In this document: positions 37,935 through 44,954 of the stretch, one piece after another
Position numbering within the stretch: the first letter of the stretch is position 1
How the letters are laid out: each line of letters begins with the position of its first letter
Assembly: GCA_024278515.1 (NCBI GenBank)
Contig: JAJRTA010000050.1
Location: 1 to 44,954 of the forward strand
Source of the DNA: Candidatus Zixiibacteriota bacterium
Lineage (GTDB): Bacteria > Zixibacteria > MSB-5A5 > GN15 > FEB-12
Direction of reading: 5' to 3'
Length of the DNA: 44,954 nt
Made by a program: the position numbers and the translations under genes
The notes under the pieces: generated by a model
Database searches by the model: none
What the model was told of the DNA's origin: nothing
Seen by the model: only the letters and a program-made list of their open reading frames with translations

Positions 37935-40013
37935 TCATCCCTGCCTGCACTTCAACCGGCATTTGCTCGCACCGGCCAGTTCCGTACCCGGCCTGATGGA
38001 CTGTCTGACTACCCGGCCCTGCCCTTCCACCGTGAACATCACGCCCAGATAGTCGAGCCAAGCCGTGGCTTCCCGAATCGACAACCCTGCCAGATCTACC
38101 ATGCGAACCGGCTCATCTTCTGAAGAACGCACGGCCACCAGAACTTCGTCTTCCCGCATAATTACCCTGTCCGCCGCCGGAAACTGCCAGACCACGAACC
38201 CGCTGTCGCTGTTGCTTCGCAGGTTCAACCCCAGCTTTTCCGCCCGTGCCCGTGCCTGGGCGATATCATGACCGACAAAATCCGGCACCTCGGTCACCGG
38301 GTTTCGCTCATCGGACTGTTCAACAAATATCCTTTCCGGAGGCATGAACATCTCGGCTTTCAGCCGGGCATACCGTTCGGCAATTTTTTTGAACGCCGGG
38401 CCTGCCGTATGACCGCCGTAATGTATCGGACGCGGTTGCACTATCAACACGATACCCGCGACCAGCGGCTGTTCGTACGGAAAGAAACCGGCAAAACTTC
38501 CAATAAACTTGTTCTTGCAATAACCACCGTTAACCAGATCGGGAATCTCGGCGGTCCCGGTCTTGCCGGCGATAGTGATAACATCAGACTGCACCGGAAC
38601 AGCGGTACCGACTTCAACCACCCCGCGCAGGAATGATTTCAGCGTATCGATGGTTTCCCGTGTTGCCACCCGGCCCAATGATTCCACCGAGCGGCGGTTA
38701 TGGATGTATCCATCTTCATCGACCAGACCAAGAATCAACTGGGGACGAAGCAACTCGCCGCCGTTGGCGATAGCCGCAAAACCGGCCGCCATCTGAACGG
38801 CATTTACGGCCACCGCATGGCCCATAGCCAAAGCCGAGGTCGTATACTCGGACCATCGCTCAGGGACAACGATACTCCCACGCGTTTCTCCCGGCAAACC
38901 GGTACGCAGTTTCTGCCCGATGCCGAAACGACGTATCGTGTTGTAAAGCTCATCGCCGCCCAGTTCGACAGCATATTTGCCGACCCCGATGTTGCTGGAC
39001 AGTTCTATGATCTGACGGAAAGTCAGCCACCCGTGTTTCTTGTCATCGCGGAGAATACGTCGGCCCAGTTTCCACCTGCCCTCTTCACAGAAGACAGTAT
39101 CGTCGAAATCCACCAGCCCGGCGTCGAGTATCCCGGCGGCGCTGAACGCTTTCATAATCGAACCGGGTTCAAACTGATCGGTGACAGCGCGCAGCTTGGT
39201 CGGCTTCTCCGGCAATTTCTCATTGGGATCGTAATGAGCAATGGCAAGGATATCGCCGTTGTTGCAATCCATCATTACGGCCATCGCGCCAGCCGCGTTA
39301 TGTTTTTCCACCGCGATGCGAAGTTCCTCTTCGACAATTTCCTGCAACTGCCAGTCGGCGGTAAGCACAATCGAGCGCCCCGGCTGCGGTTTGACCAGCG
39401 CCTGTTCCTTGACCCGGAAAGTGTTGCGAAGAGCATCACGGTAGATATCCGCCAGTCCCTGCCGGCCGGCCAGTACGGAATCAAACGAGTATTCCAGCCC
39501 GGAACGTCCGTGGTTGTCGATATCAGTGAAACCGAGAATCTGTTTACCGACCAGACCGAACGGATAGGATCGATTGGCGCTGGTGCGAAGATACAGCCCG
39601 CGCGGCGCGGTTTCATCGATATAAGCGGCGACCGCATCGTCAAGTCTGCGCTCGATCCAGCGAAACCGCCTTACCGCCAGCCCGTATTTTGACCTGGCCG
39701 TGCCCCGGCGCAACTTGTACAGCTTTTCCAGGTAGGCGGCCACCTCGGCCACCTCCCGTTCGTTGGAACACCAGGCGTAAAGCGAGGAAACAACGATATT
39801 ATCCGCGACCACCTGACCGTTGCGGTCATAGATCAACCCCCGGTCGGCCGGTATTTCAACCGTTCCTTCGGACTGTTTTTTGACCACTTCCGTGTACGCA
39901 TCGTGATTGATTATCTGAAGATGGACAAGGCGGGCGGCGACCAGTACAAAAAACAAGCAGACAAAAACCAGCAGGGTTCCCAAACGCAGACGCTGCTGAC
40001 GGGTCAGACTCAC
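37935..40013 (-). CDS. ftsI: Class B penicillin-binding protein (FtsI/PBP3-type transpeptidase) with two C-terminal PASTA domains
   Basis: 692-aa ORF with an N-terminal TM and the transpeptidase motifs SIMK (SxxK), SSN and KTGTA. The C-terminal ~120 aa form two PASTA-like repeats (VPDFVGHDIAQARARAEKLGL… and VDLAGLSIREATAWLDYLGV…). The GTG start overlaps the ftsL stop. Confidence 0.92.
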   Translation of the reverse strand: MSLTRQQRLRLGTLLVFVCLFFVLVAARLVHLQIINHDAYTEVVKKQSEGTVEIPADRGLIYDRNGQVVADNIVVSSLYAWCSNEREVAEVAAYLEKLYKLRRGTARSKYGLAVRRFRWIERRLDDAVAAYIDETAPRGLYLRTSANRSYPFGLVGKQILGFTDIDNHGRSGLEYSFDSVLAGRQGLADIYRDALRNTFRVKEQALVKPQPGRSIVLTADWQLQEIVEEELRIAVEKHNAAGAMAVMMDCNNGDILAIAHYDPNEKLPEKPTKLRAVTDQFEPGSIMKAFSAAGILDAGLVDFDDTVFCEEGRWKLGRRILRDDKKHGWLTFRQIIELSSNIGVGKYAVELGGDELYNTIRRFGIGQKLRTGLPGETRGSIVVPERWSEYTTSALAMGHAVAVNAVQMAAGFAAIANGGELLRPQLILGLVDEDGYIHNRRSVESLGRVATRETIDTLKSFLRGVVEVGTAVPVQSDVITIAGKTGTAEIPDLVNGGYCKNKFIGSFAGFFPYEQPLVAGIVLIVQPRPIHYGGHTAGPAFKKIAERYARLKAEMFMPPERIFVEQSDERNPVTEVPDFVGHDIAQARARAEKLGLNLRSNSDSGFVVWQFPAADRVIMREDEVLVAVRSSEDEPVRMVDLAGLSIREATAWLDYLGVMFTVEGQGRVVRQSIRPGTELAGASKCRLKCRQG

Positions 40014-40507
40014 CGATCACCCTCCCTGCTGGACAATACGTCCGGTCTGAGGGGACGAAGATCCCCGGCGGTGGCATGGCTGGGCGCAATGGCCGGAACA
40101 TAGCGGGTTACCCGTTCAATCGCCTGAAACAGGGTGGCCAGTTCGTCCGGCTCAACCAGTTCCTCCTCTTTGCCGAGCAATGAATACACCTGATCGGCTT
40201 TGGGAATCCTGAGCCCGAGGCTGTCCTGGGCATATCGCTCAATACGACTGGCTGACGAAAGCTCGGCCAAGCGGATATTCAGCTTGGAAGAAGCATCAAT
40301 CAAACGATTGTTCTCAGCCCGCAGGCTTGAAACATCCTTAACCAGTTCGAGCACCCTTACCCGCTGCCACACATGAATAAAACACCCGGCGACAAACATT
40401 ATGACCAGCAGTGCAGCCGGTAAATAACGATGCGACAGGATACGGTTGGTCAAAGATGTCCGTATCTCAACCGTCTCCTTGAACTTGCGCACCGGCTTCT
40501 TCTTCAT
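40010..40507 (-). CDS. ftsL: FtsL-like cell division protein (bitopic, coiled-coil)
   Basis: 165-aa ORF with a basic N-terminus, a single TM (LPAALLVIMFVAGCFIHVW) and a heptad-like leucine-rich segment. Its position between rsmH and ftsI matches the dcw order. Confidence 0.65.
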   Translation of the reverse strand: MKKKPVRKFKETVEIRTSLTNRILSHRYLPAALLVIMFVAGCFIHVWQRVRVLELVKDVSSLRAENNRLIDASSKLNIRLAELSSASRIERYAQDSLGLRIPKADQVYSLLGKEEELVEPDELATLFQAIERVTRYVPAIAPSHATAGDLRPLRPDVLSSREGDR

Positions 40508-41454
40508 GTCGCGAGCCTCCTGACCACACGAAGACGGGCCGATCGCGAACGAGGGTTGGATTTCACTTCTTCTTCCGACGGCACGATGGGGCGGCGCGTG
40601 ACCAATTCCACCTGTGGCTTACCCCCGCATACACAAACGGGAAGTTTCGGCGGACAGGTGCAGCCGGAAGCCGACTTGCGGAAAAATCTTTTTACAATAC
40701 GATCTTCGAGAGAATGGTAAGAAATAACGGCAAGTCTTCCGTCGGGATTAAGACAACTGACACAATCCGGAAGTACCGCTTTCAACTCGTCAAGTTCGCC
40801 GTTAACCGCGATACGCAGCGCCTGGAAAACCTGCGCCAATGTTTTGTTGCGATGTCTTGAATATGAATGCTTCTCAACTATGGCAGTGAGGTCGGTAGTT
40901 GTGGTGAGCATCTTTGTCTGTCTTTCCCTGACGATTGCGCCGGCCAACCTTGCCGGCTGCTTTATTTCGCCGTAATCACGAAAAACGGCGGTAAGTTCAT
41001 TTTTGCTCAGCGAGTTGATCAGCTCGGCGGCCGTGGCCCGTCCTGAACCGGGATCGAACCGCATATCCAGAGGACCATCGACACTGAACGAAAACCCGCG
41101 ACCGGCCTCCGCCAGTTGATCAGAGGAAAGTCCCAGATCAATGAGGACGCCGTTAAAACCATCTTCTCCTATGCGCCCGGCTACAGCCTTGAGATCACTA
41201 TAGGCGGCGTGAACAATCTGTCTTACCTGCCTGAACTCAGCCAGGTTCCTCCGGGTTCGGTCAACCGCCTCCGGATCCCTGTCCAGACCATACAGACGGG
41301 CGTCCAAACCAAGCTTTTCCGCCAGCGCTCTTAAATGACCACCGCCACCCGCGGTAAGATCGATATAGGCGCCTTTCGGATTGCCGATCAGAAGATCGAC
41401 AACCTCGGCCACCAGCACCGGCTCATGACTACTCCTCCTCGCGTCCGGGATCAT
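40504..41454 (-). CDS. rsmH: 16S rRNA (cytosine1402-N4)-methyltransferase
   Basis: 316-aa ORF with HEPVLVAEV, DLTAGGGGH, DLGLSSDQL and ISYHSLEDRIVK, all typical of MraW/RsmH. Confidence 0.93.
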   Translation of the reverse strand: MIPDARRSSHEPVLVAEVVDLLIGNPKGAYIDLTAGGGGHLRALAEKLGLDARLYGLDRDPEAVDRTRRNLAEFRQVRQIVHAAYSDLKAVAGRIGEDGFNGVLIDLGLSSDQLAEAGRGFSFSVDGPLDMRFDPGSGRATAAELINSLSKNELTAVFRDYGEIKQPARLAGAIVRERQTKMLTTTTDLTAIVEKHSYSRHRNKTLAQVFQALRIAVNGELDELKAVLPDCVSCLNPDGRLAVISYHSLEDRIVKRFFRKSASGCTCPPKLPVCVCGGKPQVELVTRRPIVPSEEEVKSNPRSRSARLRVVRRLAT

Positions 41455-41908
41455 GGACGGATGACAGTCGCTCGGCTACTTCCTCGTAGCTCGCGGCGAA
41501 CTGCTCGATATAATAGTCATACCGCTGCGGGTTCCATATCTCCACCCATCGATCAACGCCGATCACCAGCAAATCCTTATTAAGGGCAGCTTCTTTAATC
41601 AGATGCCCCGGAATCAGGATGCGACCACTGCGATCCGGCTGAACAGCACCGGCCGATGAGTAAAAACGCCGGCTGAAGTAACGAAAATCTCGTTGTGTAA
41701 AATTGAGGGAGGCAAAACGACGCTGGATCTCAGCCCACTCGTGCTCAGGGTAAAGAGTAAGACAACCCTCCAACCCTTTGGTCAGAACCAGGCTGCCGCT
41801 CAAAAGCGGCTTGCCGTCGGCCCCTTTTACCGCTCGCAGCTTGGCTGGAAGGGCACAACGGCCTTTGCTGTCCAATGTCGTCTGATAGCGACCGACAAAC
41901 CCGGTCAA
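41429..41908 (-). CDS. mraZ: Transcriptional regulator MraZ
   Basis: Two SpoVT/AbrB-like repeats (DSKGRCALPAKLR and DRSGRILIPGHLI). The start is taken at the TTG at 41908, preceded by GGAGGA at 6-nt spacing, giving 159 aa. The ORF-track extension to 42055 has no support. Confidence 0.88.
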   Translation of the reverse strand: MTGFVGRYQTTLDSKGRCALPAKLRAVKGADGKPLLSGSLVLTKGLEGCLTLYPEHEWAEIQRRFASLNFTQRDFRYFSRRFYSSAGAVQPDRSGRILIPGHLIKEAALNKDLLVIGVDRWVEIWNPQRYDYYIEQFAASYEEVAERLSSVHDPGREEE

Positions 41909-41918
41909 AAGTGATCCT

Positions 41919-41935
41919 CCACTTTTCGCCACTTC
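41919..41935 (-). promoter_or_regulatory. Two direct repeats GAAGTGG-cga-AAAGTGG (10-bp register), candidate MraZ operator
   Basis: The plus strand has ccactt at 41919-24 and 41929-34. On the coding strand the repeats lie just upstream of, and overlap, the mraZ SD. A third GTGG core (GGGTGGGG, plus 41967-74) lies exactly 40 bp further upstream, inside the promoter spacer. Confidence 0.4.
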
Positions 41936-41952
41936 TTGCTCTAATTGACCAT

Positions 41953-41982
41953 AGTTTACTATTTTGCCCCACCCTATGTCAA
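41953..41982 (-). promoter_or_regulatory. Sigma70-type promoter candidate of the dcw cluster (Pmra-like)
   Basis: The minus strand reads TTGACA-N18-TAAACT (plus-strand tgtcaa at 41977-82 and agttta at 41953-58), about 45 nt upstream of the mraZ TTG. Confidence 0.45.
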
Positions 41983-42345
41983 GCTGTTTTTCAACCTGAA
42001 TTAAGAAAATAATCCGGCTTAAGCGAAAGTAATTCAATGAGTAAGCAATGAACAATTTTCACGTGTGAGCTAACAGGCTGGAGTCAAACGGAATCAGTTG
42101 GCTCAATTATCCTGCCTATGAGCCGTCGGTTGAAGCTTAAATCCTTCAAATATGGATGCTTTACCATACTCCCAGAGGCCCGTGACCGACCTGCCCGCTT
42201 AGAGCGCCACATCATTCACCTGGGGCAACTCACAATAACCCATCAACTTACTGATGTTCATTTTTTAATCGGACCTGCCGGTAAAGATGAGGTCCAATCT
42301 TTGCCCAATATCAGGCAGATTCGATTTGAAACGGGTGTAAAACCG

Positions 42346-44655
42346 ATGAGAAACACTGCCCTGATATTTATGTTCCTGTCTCTTTTGATTACCGCCCCAA
42401 AGGCGTTAGAACAACCGACTATTCAACTGGATCGCAGCCGAATCCTTACCGAGGGGGAAAGTGGGGCATTCGGGTACGCCGATTTCGGGCCGGTCAGTGT
42501 CGGACGCAACATGATACTGCCGGGCAAGTCATTTTACATCCAGCTGAACCGGGGACAGACCGTCGAAGATATCAGATTCGAGGTTCTCCGATCCGTGACG
42601 ATCGGCCATCTGCCTGAAGCTGACCTCGCCGAAGACATCCCGACACGCTCTGAAGAGTCCCCCCGGACATCGGTTGAGGTAAACGATCTGATATCGAGAG
42701 CCGAACCTATCCAGATAACCGGCCAGATAAAAGTCGGCGAGCAGACCTTCGCCGAGTTGTTGCTGTTACCCTTGACGGTATCCCAAAACGGTGAACTTCT
42801 GTTCAACGAGTCTGTTTCGATTCAGATCGGACAAAACAACCTCACTGCCGATCAACTGTTGAGCAGTCTGCCGAAAGATCCGGGACGTTCGGATAATCAG
42901 GTATTTCCGTCGCTGTCTGCCGGAATCGGTCTGGTGACGTATCTGATAATCACATCCGAACAGTTTTCAGCTCCGCTGGAACGACTGGCCTGGTATAAAA
43001 ACAGTCTGGGTATTCTGACCGAAGTTCGTTATATCGGGGATATCCTTGCGGGTCAGACCGGTCGCGATGACGCCGAGCGGTTGCGCAATTATCTCAGGCA
43101 ATTCCACGGGGCGGGCGGGCGGTATGTCCTGCTGGCCGGTGACCACACCGTGCTACCGATCCGCTACGCCTATCACCGCGCGGCAGACGAAATCCCTGAC
43201 CTTTCGCAACAACAGGTCTGCGATCTGTACTTCGCCGATCTTACCGGCGAGTGGGATCTGGACAATGACAACATCTGGGGCGAGCGAACTCACGACCAGG
43301 CCGATCTCATTCCGGAATTGATGGTCGGGCGACTGCCGTTCAACAGGCCTGAACAGTTTGAAGCCTATGTCGACAAGCTGATCGCCTACGAGACCAACCC
43401 GGGCGACGGTGATCTTTCGTATCTGGGTCGCGCCTTTTTCTTTTCATCCGATCAGATGCGTGACTACTCCGGAGGCGGTCAGCACGGACGTATTTCCCTT
43501 GCCTACCCGGATAATATCGAAATCGACACGGTCGCCGGCGTGGAAGCCGACCGCGGTGACGACCCGAATCCGCACAACAAAAGCCCGCGTGAACTGGAAG
43601 CGGTACTATCCGAAGGTTACGGCATTGTCAATATACTCGCTCACGGTAACGGATCGCTTTTTGAAGTCAGGACCTCCGGTTACAACAGCTCGCCCAAAGA
43701 ACGATTTATTACCGTTACATCATCCGGCGAAAACGGGTCTATCGCTGGTCTTGAGCCTAACCGCAAACTTTCTTTCTACTATTCGCTGGCCTGCGACAAT
43801 GGAGCCTTCGATTATGACTACAACGGTTACCCTCCGAATCTCGCCGTGACCGTGCTTGCCCTGCCCAAAGCGGGAGCGGTCGGGTTCGTGGCCAATTCAC
43901 GCTGGGGCTGGGTAGGCTCCAGCCACCTTTTGCAGCGGGTCTTTTTCGACTCGCTTTTCTCCCATCCGGGCCGCCCGGCGGTCGCCGCCATGTATGAATC
44001 CAAACTTCGTTACAGCTATGTACGCGATGTCGTCTATGGCCAGAACTTCTTCGGCGACCCGACCCTCGTAGTTTACGACAAAATACCCGGCCTGCTCAAC
44101 GTGGAAGTTATCCCCGGCGGAGATCAGTTTGAAGTAACTGTCAGCAGCAACGGCCAACCGGTTGAAAACTGCCTTGTAACATTGAGCGACAGCACCGGTC
44201 CGATCGCCAGTCTGTCCACTTCGTTAGACGGTCGGGCAATATTCATGGTAAGTTACTCACCGCTGAACCGTTACACGATCGCCGCCGTGAAGACCGGCTA
44301 CACTGTCGCCCGTGAGTTTCTTGTCCCGTCGATCGTCGCCGACACCGAAGAAGAACGAATCGACGACAATCTCCCTGATAATTTCAGTCTTTCGCAAAAC
44401 TATCCTAATCCGTTCAACCCGATCACCACGATTCGGTTTGAACTCCCCTACCGGTCCGACATATCACTGGACATTTACAACATTCTGGGACAGCAGGTCA
44501 CCAGTCTTTCCAGCGGCGAACACGCTTATGGAACCTACGAAGTAACCTGGGACGGCCGAGATGAAAACGGTCGCCCGGTGGCCAGCGGGATATATTTCTA
44601 CCGGCTGATAACAGACGCTTTCACTTCGACAAAAAAGATGATACTGATTCGTTAA
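42346..44655 (+). CDS. Secreted peptidase C25 (gingipain-like cysteine protease) with T9SS-type C-terminal sorting domain
   Basis: The start is taken at the ATG at 42346, giving a signal peptide (MRNTALIFMFLSLLITAPKA). The C25 core has YLIITSEQF…, LLAGDHTVLPIRY, a His context NILAHGNGS and a Cys context YYSLACDNG. An Ig/CarboxypepD_reg-like module follows. The terminal ~80 aa (NYPNPFNPITTIRFEL…GIYFYRL…KKMILIR) are a T9SS/FlgD-Ig-like C-terminal domain. Confidence 0.8.
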   Translation: MRNTALIFMFLSLLITAPKALEQPTIQLDRSRILTEGESGAFGYADFGPVSVGRNMILPGKSFYIQLNRGQTVEDIRFEVLRSVTIGHLPEADLAEDIPTRSEESPRTSVEVNDLISRAEPIQITGQIKVGEQTFAELLLLPLTVSQNGELLFNESVSIQIGQNNLTADQLLSSLPKDPGRSDNQVFPSLSAGIGLVTYLIITSEQFSAPLERLAWYKNSLGILTEVRYIGDILAGQTGRDDAERLRNYLRQFHGAGGRYVLLAGDHTVLPIRYAYHRAADEIPDLSQQQVCDLYFADLTGEWDLDNDNIWGERTHDQADLIPELMVGRLPFNRPEQFEAYVDKLIAYETNPGDGDLSYLGRAFFFSSDQMRDYSGGGQHGRISLAYPDNIEIDTVAGVEADRGDDPNPHNKSPRELEAVLSEGYGIVNILAHGNGSLFEVRTSGYNSSPKERFITVTSSGENGSIAGLEPNRKLSFYYSLACDNGAFDYDYNGYPPNLAVTVLALPKAGAVGFVANSRWGWVGSSHLLQRVFFDSLFSHPGRPAVAAMYESKLRYSYVRDVVYGQNFFGDPTLVVYDKIPGLLNVEVIPGGDQFEVTVSSNGQPVENCLVTLSDSTGPIASLSTSLDGRAIFMVSYSPLNRYTIAAVKTGYTVAREFLVPSIVADTEEERIDDNLPDNFSLSQNYPNPFNPITTIRFELPYRSDISLDIYNILGQQVTSLSSGEHAYGTYEVTWDGRDENGRPVASGIYFYRLITDAFTSTKKMILIR

Positions 44656-44954
44656 TCCAGCCGCCTGATTATTTCCGCGAATTTTTCGACCATCGCCCGT
44701 GAACCGAACTTCCGGGAGTAGTCCGGCAACGGAGCGATACTCACCTCCCCGTCGATATGCGACCGGCCGACTCGATACAAATAATCAAGCGCTTTTTCAG
44801 CCGCGCTTTTATCGGTTGGATCGTAGCAGTGTCCGTTATTACTGTCGGCAATCAGATCCGCAAGGAGACTCCCCGGCGGCACCGCCGCAATAATCGGCCG
44901 CCCTGAAGCAAACAAATCAAAGAGGCGCGAAGGCACTATCCCCTTTTCTTTTTC
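44652..44954 (-). CDS. Glycosyltransferase (GT-B, GT4-like), C-terminal part only; the gene continues beyond the window
   Basis: The reading frame is open to the window edge. EKGIVPSRLFDLFASGRPIIA resembles the GT4 C-terminal E-x7-E region. Confidence 0.6.
   Translation of the reverse strand, partial: EKEKGIVPSRLFDLFASGRPIIAAVPPGSLLADLIADSNNGHCYDPTDKSAAEKALDYLYRVGRSHIDGEVSIAPLPDYSRKFGSRAMVEKFAEIIRRLD

Noticed and set aside
38700-39692. 330-aa plus-strand ORF antisense to ftsI
   Set aside because: It is a shadow ORF within the PBP gene. The same reasoning applies to 32751-33623 (in murD), 36515-37369 (in murE), 27496-28203 (in ftsA), 3305-4114 (in cca/arcC) and 9706-10335 (in glnS).
41909-42055. 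49-codon N-terminal extension of the mraZ ORF
   Set aside because: MraZ proteins are ~150 aa. The TTG at 41908 has a GGAGGA SD. The extension covers the promoter and operator-like region.
42118-42345. 76-codon N-terminal extension of the C25 protease ORF
   Set aside because: The internal ATG at 42346 yields a classical signal peptide. The extension has no secretion signal and is poorly protein-like.
1-44954. Search for CRISPR arrays, tRNA/rRNA genes, IS elements, integrases, prophage or defence-island content
   Set aside because: I saw no regularly spaced direct repeats and no tRNA-like T-loop or acceptor structures in the intergenic regions. No ORF resembled a transposase, integrase, restriction, Cas or toxin-antitoxin protein. 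This was judged by eye only, so tRNAscan, Infernal and a repeat finder should be run to confirm.

Overview
This window is a chromosomal, mostly housekeeping segment of a diderm bacterium. The T9SS-type C-terminal sorting domain on one protein hints at an uncultured FCB-superphylum-like lineage, but that taxonomy is inference only.

Gene content, left to right:
- Minus-strand block at 31-7647: sucD, sucC, a CCA-adding enzyme, carbamate kinase, a COG2403-like P-loop protein and an aldehyde dehydrogenase.
- A small OMP-like ORF, convergent with glnS.
- A tightly packed porin-like / single-lobe PBP-like / hybrid histidine kinase operon.
- A divergent MarR-MFP-RND efflux operon with no outer-membrane factor.
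- wecB, murJ, an unknown polytopic membrane protein, and panC.
- An isolated short flagellin gene with a near-consensus sigma54 -24/-12 promoter, bracketed by two intrinsic terminators.
- A complete, very compact dcw cluster: mraZ rsmH ftsL ftsI murE murF mraY murD ftsW murG murC ftsQ ftsA ftsZ, without murB or ddl.
- A divergent C25 (gingipain-like) peptidase with a T9SS C-terminal domain.
- The 3' end of a glycosyltransferase gene that runs off the window.

I found no rRNA, tRNA, CRISPR array, transposase, integrase, or recognisable defence or toxin-antitoxin genes. I do not see a clear novel multi-gene system.

The observations most worth a second look:
- Histone-H1-like lysine-rich tails on two cytoplasmic enzymes (SucD and the COG2403-like protein).
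- The sigma54-driven orphan flagellin unit wedged beside the dcw cluster.
- The porin / half-PBP / hybrid kinase module.
- A probable AUU start for murE.
- Phased AAAGTGG MraZ-box-like repeats at the dcw promoter.
- An uncharacterised membrane protein downstream of murJ.

All long ORFs antisense to these genes were judged spurious.
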